The translations under genes were made by a program, and so were the position numbers. The notes below the pieces were generated by a model. It did not search any database. It saw nothing but the letters and a program-made list of their open reading frames with translations, and was not told the DNA's origin. A stretch of 56,306 nt of DNA from an uncultured Candidatus Saccharibacteria bacterium (GTDB taxonomy: Bacteria; Patescibacteriota; Minisyncoccia; UBA6257; 1-14-0-10-44-23), in the NCBI GenBank assembly GCA_964549935.1, contig CAZJVT010000005.1, positions 1 to 56,306 on the forward strand, read 5' to 3'. This document shows positions 55,626-56,306 of the stretch, in pieces (position 1 is the first letter of the stretch; each line of letters opens with the position of its first letter).

Positions 55626-55967
55626 CGAGAGCAACCCTTGGGCTCCGCTCGAACGGAGCCCATCGGAAGAACTAACACCTGACTATGAATACATTTTTTG
55701 GAAAAATATATTCGGCATTAGAAACATTTTTATTTTCGCGTCAGGCCGGCTGGTATGACACGGGCATACGTAATGATGGCGATTTTAGATTGCTTGAGCA
55801 CCGAGACAAAAATGGTTTCGTAACCAGCGAATTCTGGGAAGAAATACACTAGCGATGAAATCATCCTGGGCAGAAATACAATCCACTGAAAAATTCGGAA
55901 ACTTTTCGCTGGATTCTACTTCCTCCGTCCGCGATGCCCTGGGCACCGCGGACGGAGGGAACTGCGA

Positions 55968-56114
55968 CTAGCGCGGGCTGATGCCCGCAAACGGACTCGG
56001 CACGGGCCGCACGTTGCCATCGGCATCGCAGGCGGCCTTCACCGCCGCGAGCGTCTCGGACGAGAGCTTCTTGTCCGGGGTGTCGGACGCCGACGGCACC
56101 GTCTTGTCGATCAT
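55968..56114 (-). CDS. G+C-rich small protein (48 aa)
   Basis: ATG at 56114 preceded by AGGGAGG at 7-nt spacing. A 12-bp perfect hairpin lies downstream (55922-55958). Confidence 0.3.
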   Translation of the reverse strand: MIDKTVPSASDTPDKKLSSETLAAVKAACDADGNVRPVPSPFAGISPR

Positions 56115-56283
56115 GCTCGATCCTCCCTGTTTGGCCTTGTGGCCACCTCCGTCCTCTCCCAAGAGGCCGGCGTAAAAATATATTTTCTATTCTTACGTCG
56201 ACCCCTTATCAAAGACAAAGTCGCCTTACGAGGCGATGAAATAATACTACCGCAAATAAGAAATGGGTCAAGAAATGCCGTTG

Positions 56284-56306
56284 TGCGCGCTGAGGGGATT
56301 GAACCC
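56284..56306 (-). tRNA. 3' fragment of a tRNA running off the window end (identity undetermined)
   Basis: Reverse complement reads GGG-TTCAATC-CCCTC-AGCGCGC-A, i.e. T-loop, T-stem, acceptor 3' strand and discriminator. Confidence 0.5.

Overview
The backbone looks like a small-genome, CPR/Parcubacteria-like bacterium; this is inferred from gene content and signals, not from a database search. It has moderate G+C, almost no Shine-Dalgarno tracts, and TATACT-type -10 boxes often only 7-10 nt before the start codon. From 5' to 3' the window contains:
- the tail of a large surface protein, an EamA transporter, SAM decarboxylase and a PurD-like ATP-grasp protein;
- a histidine kinase and receiver;
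- a complete secretin-less type IV pilus locus: two tandem pilins, PilB, PilC, three pilin-like proteins and a PilM fusion;
- housekeeping genes pth, lepB, hisS, HIT, rpsU, yqeY, ybeY, ftsA, ftsZ and a PfkB kinase;
- a pentose-phosphate/glycolysis block: split tkt, rpe, rpiB, gap;
- tRNA-Lys, recG, tRNA-Glu, a Glu/Leu dehydrogenase, murC and tyrS;
- two TrmB-like regulators, a deaminase, clpP, tig, H+-PPase, nusA, yraN and a TrpR/YerC-like gene.

Four things stand out.
1. Eight short, clearly G+C-rich cassettes sit in intergenic gaps at five loci. Most carry strong GGAGG ribosome-binding sites and G+C-rich hairpins.
2. Two of these cassettes encode paralogous outer-membrane-type beta-barrel proteins ending in Phe. 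Each is divergently paired with a TrmB-like regulator, and both pairs share the same flank motifs.
3. The roughly 740-bp gene-free nusA/yraN gap holds 14 exact copies of GTGAAACA/TGTTTCAC arranged in perfect palindromes. A second cluster of the same 8-mer lies inside murC.
4. Short repeats recur across the window: a shared trp-operator-like palindrome at two loci, an identical 24-nt heptamer repeat in frame in two unrelated genes, and heptamer tandem arrays at gene ends.

No CRISPR array, rRNA, transposase or integrase was seen.
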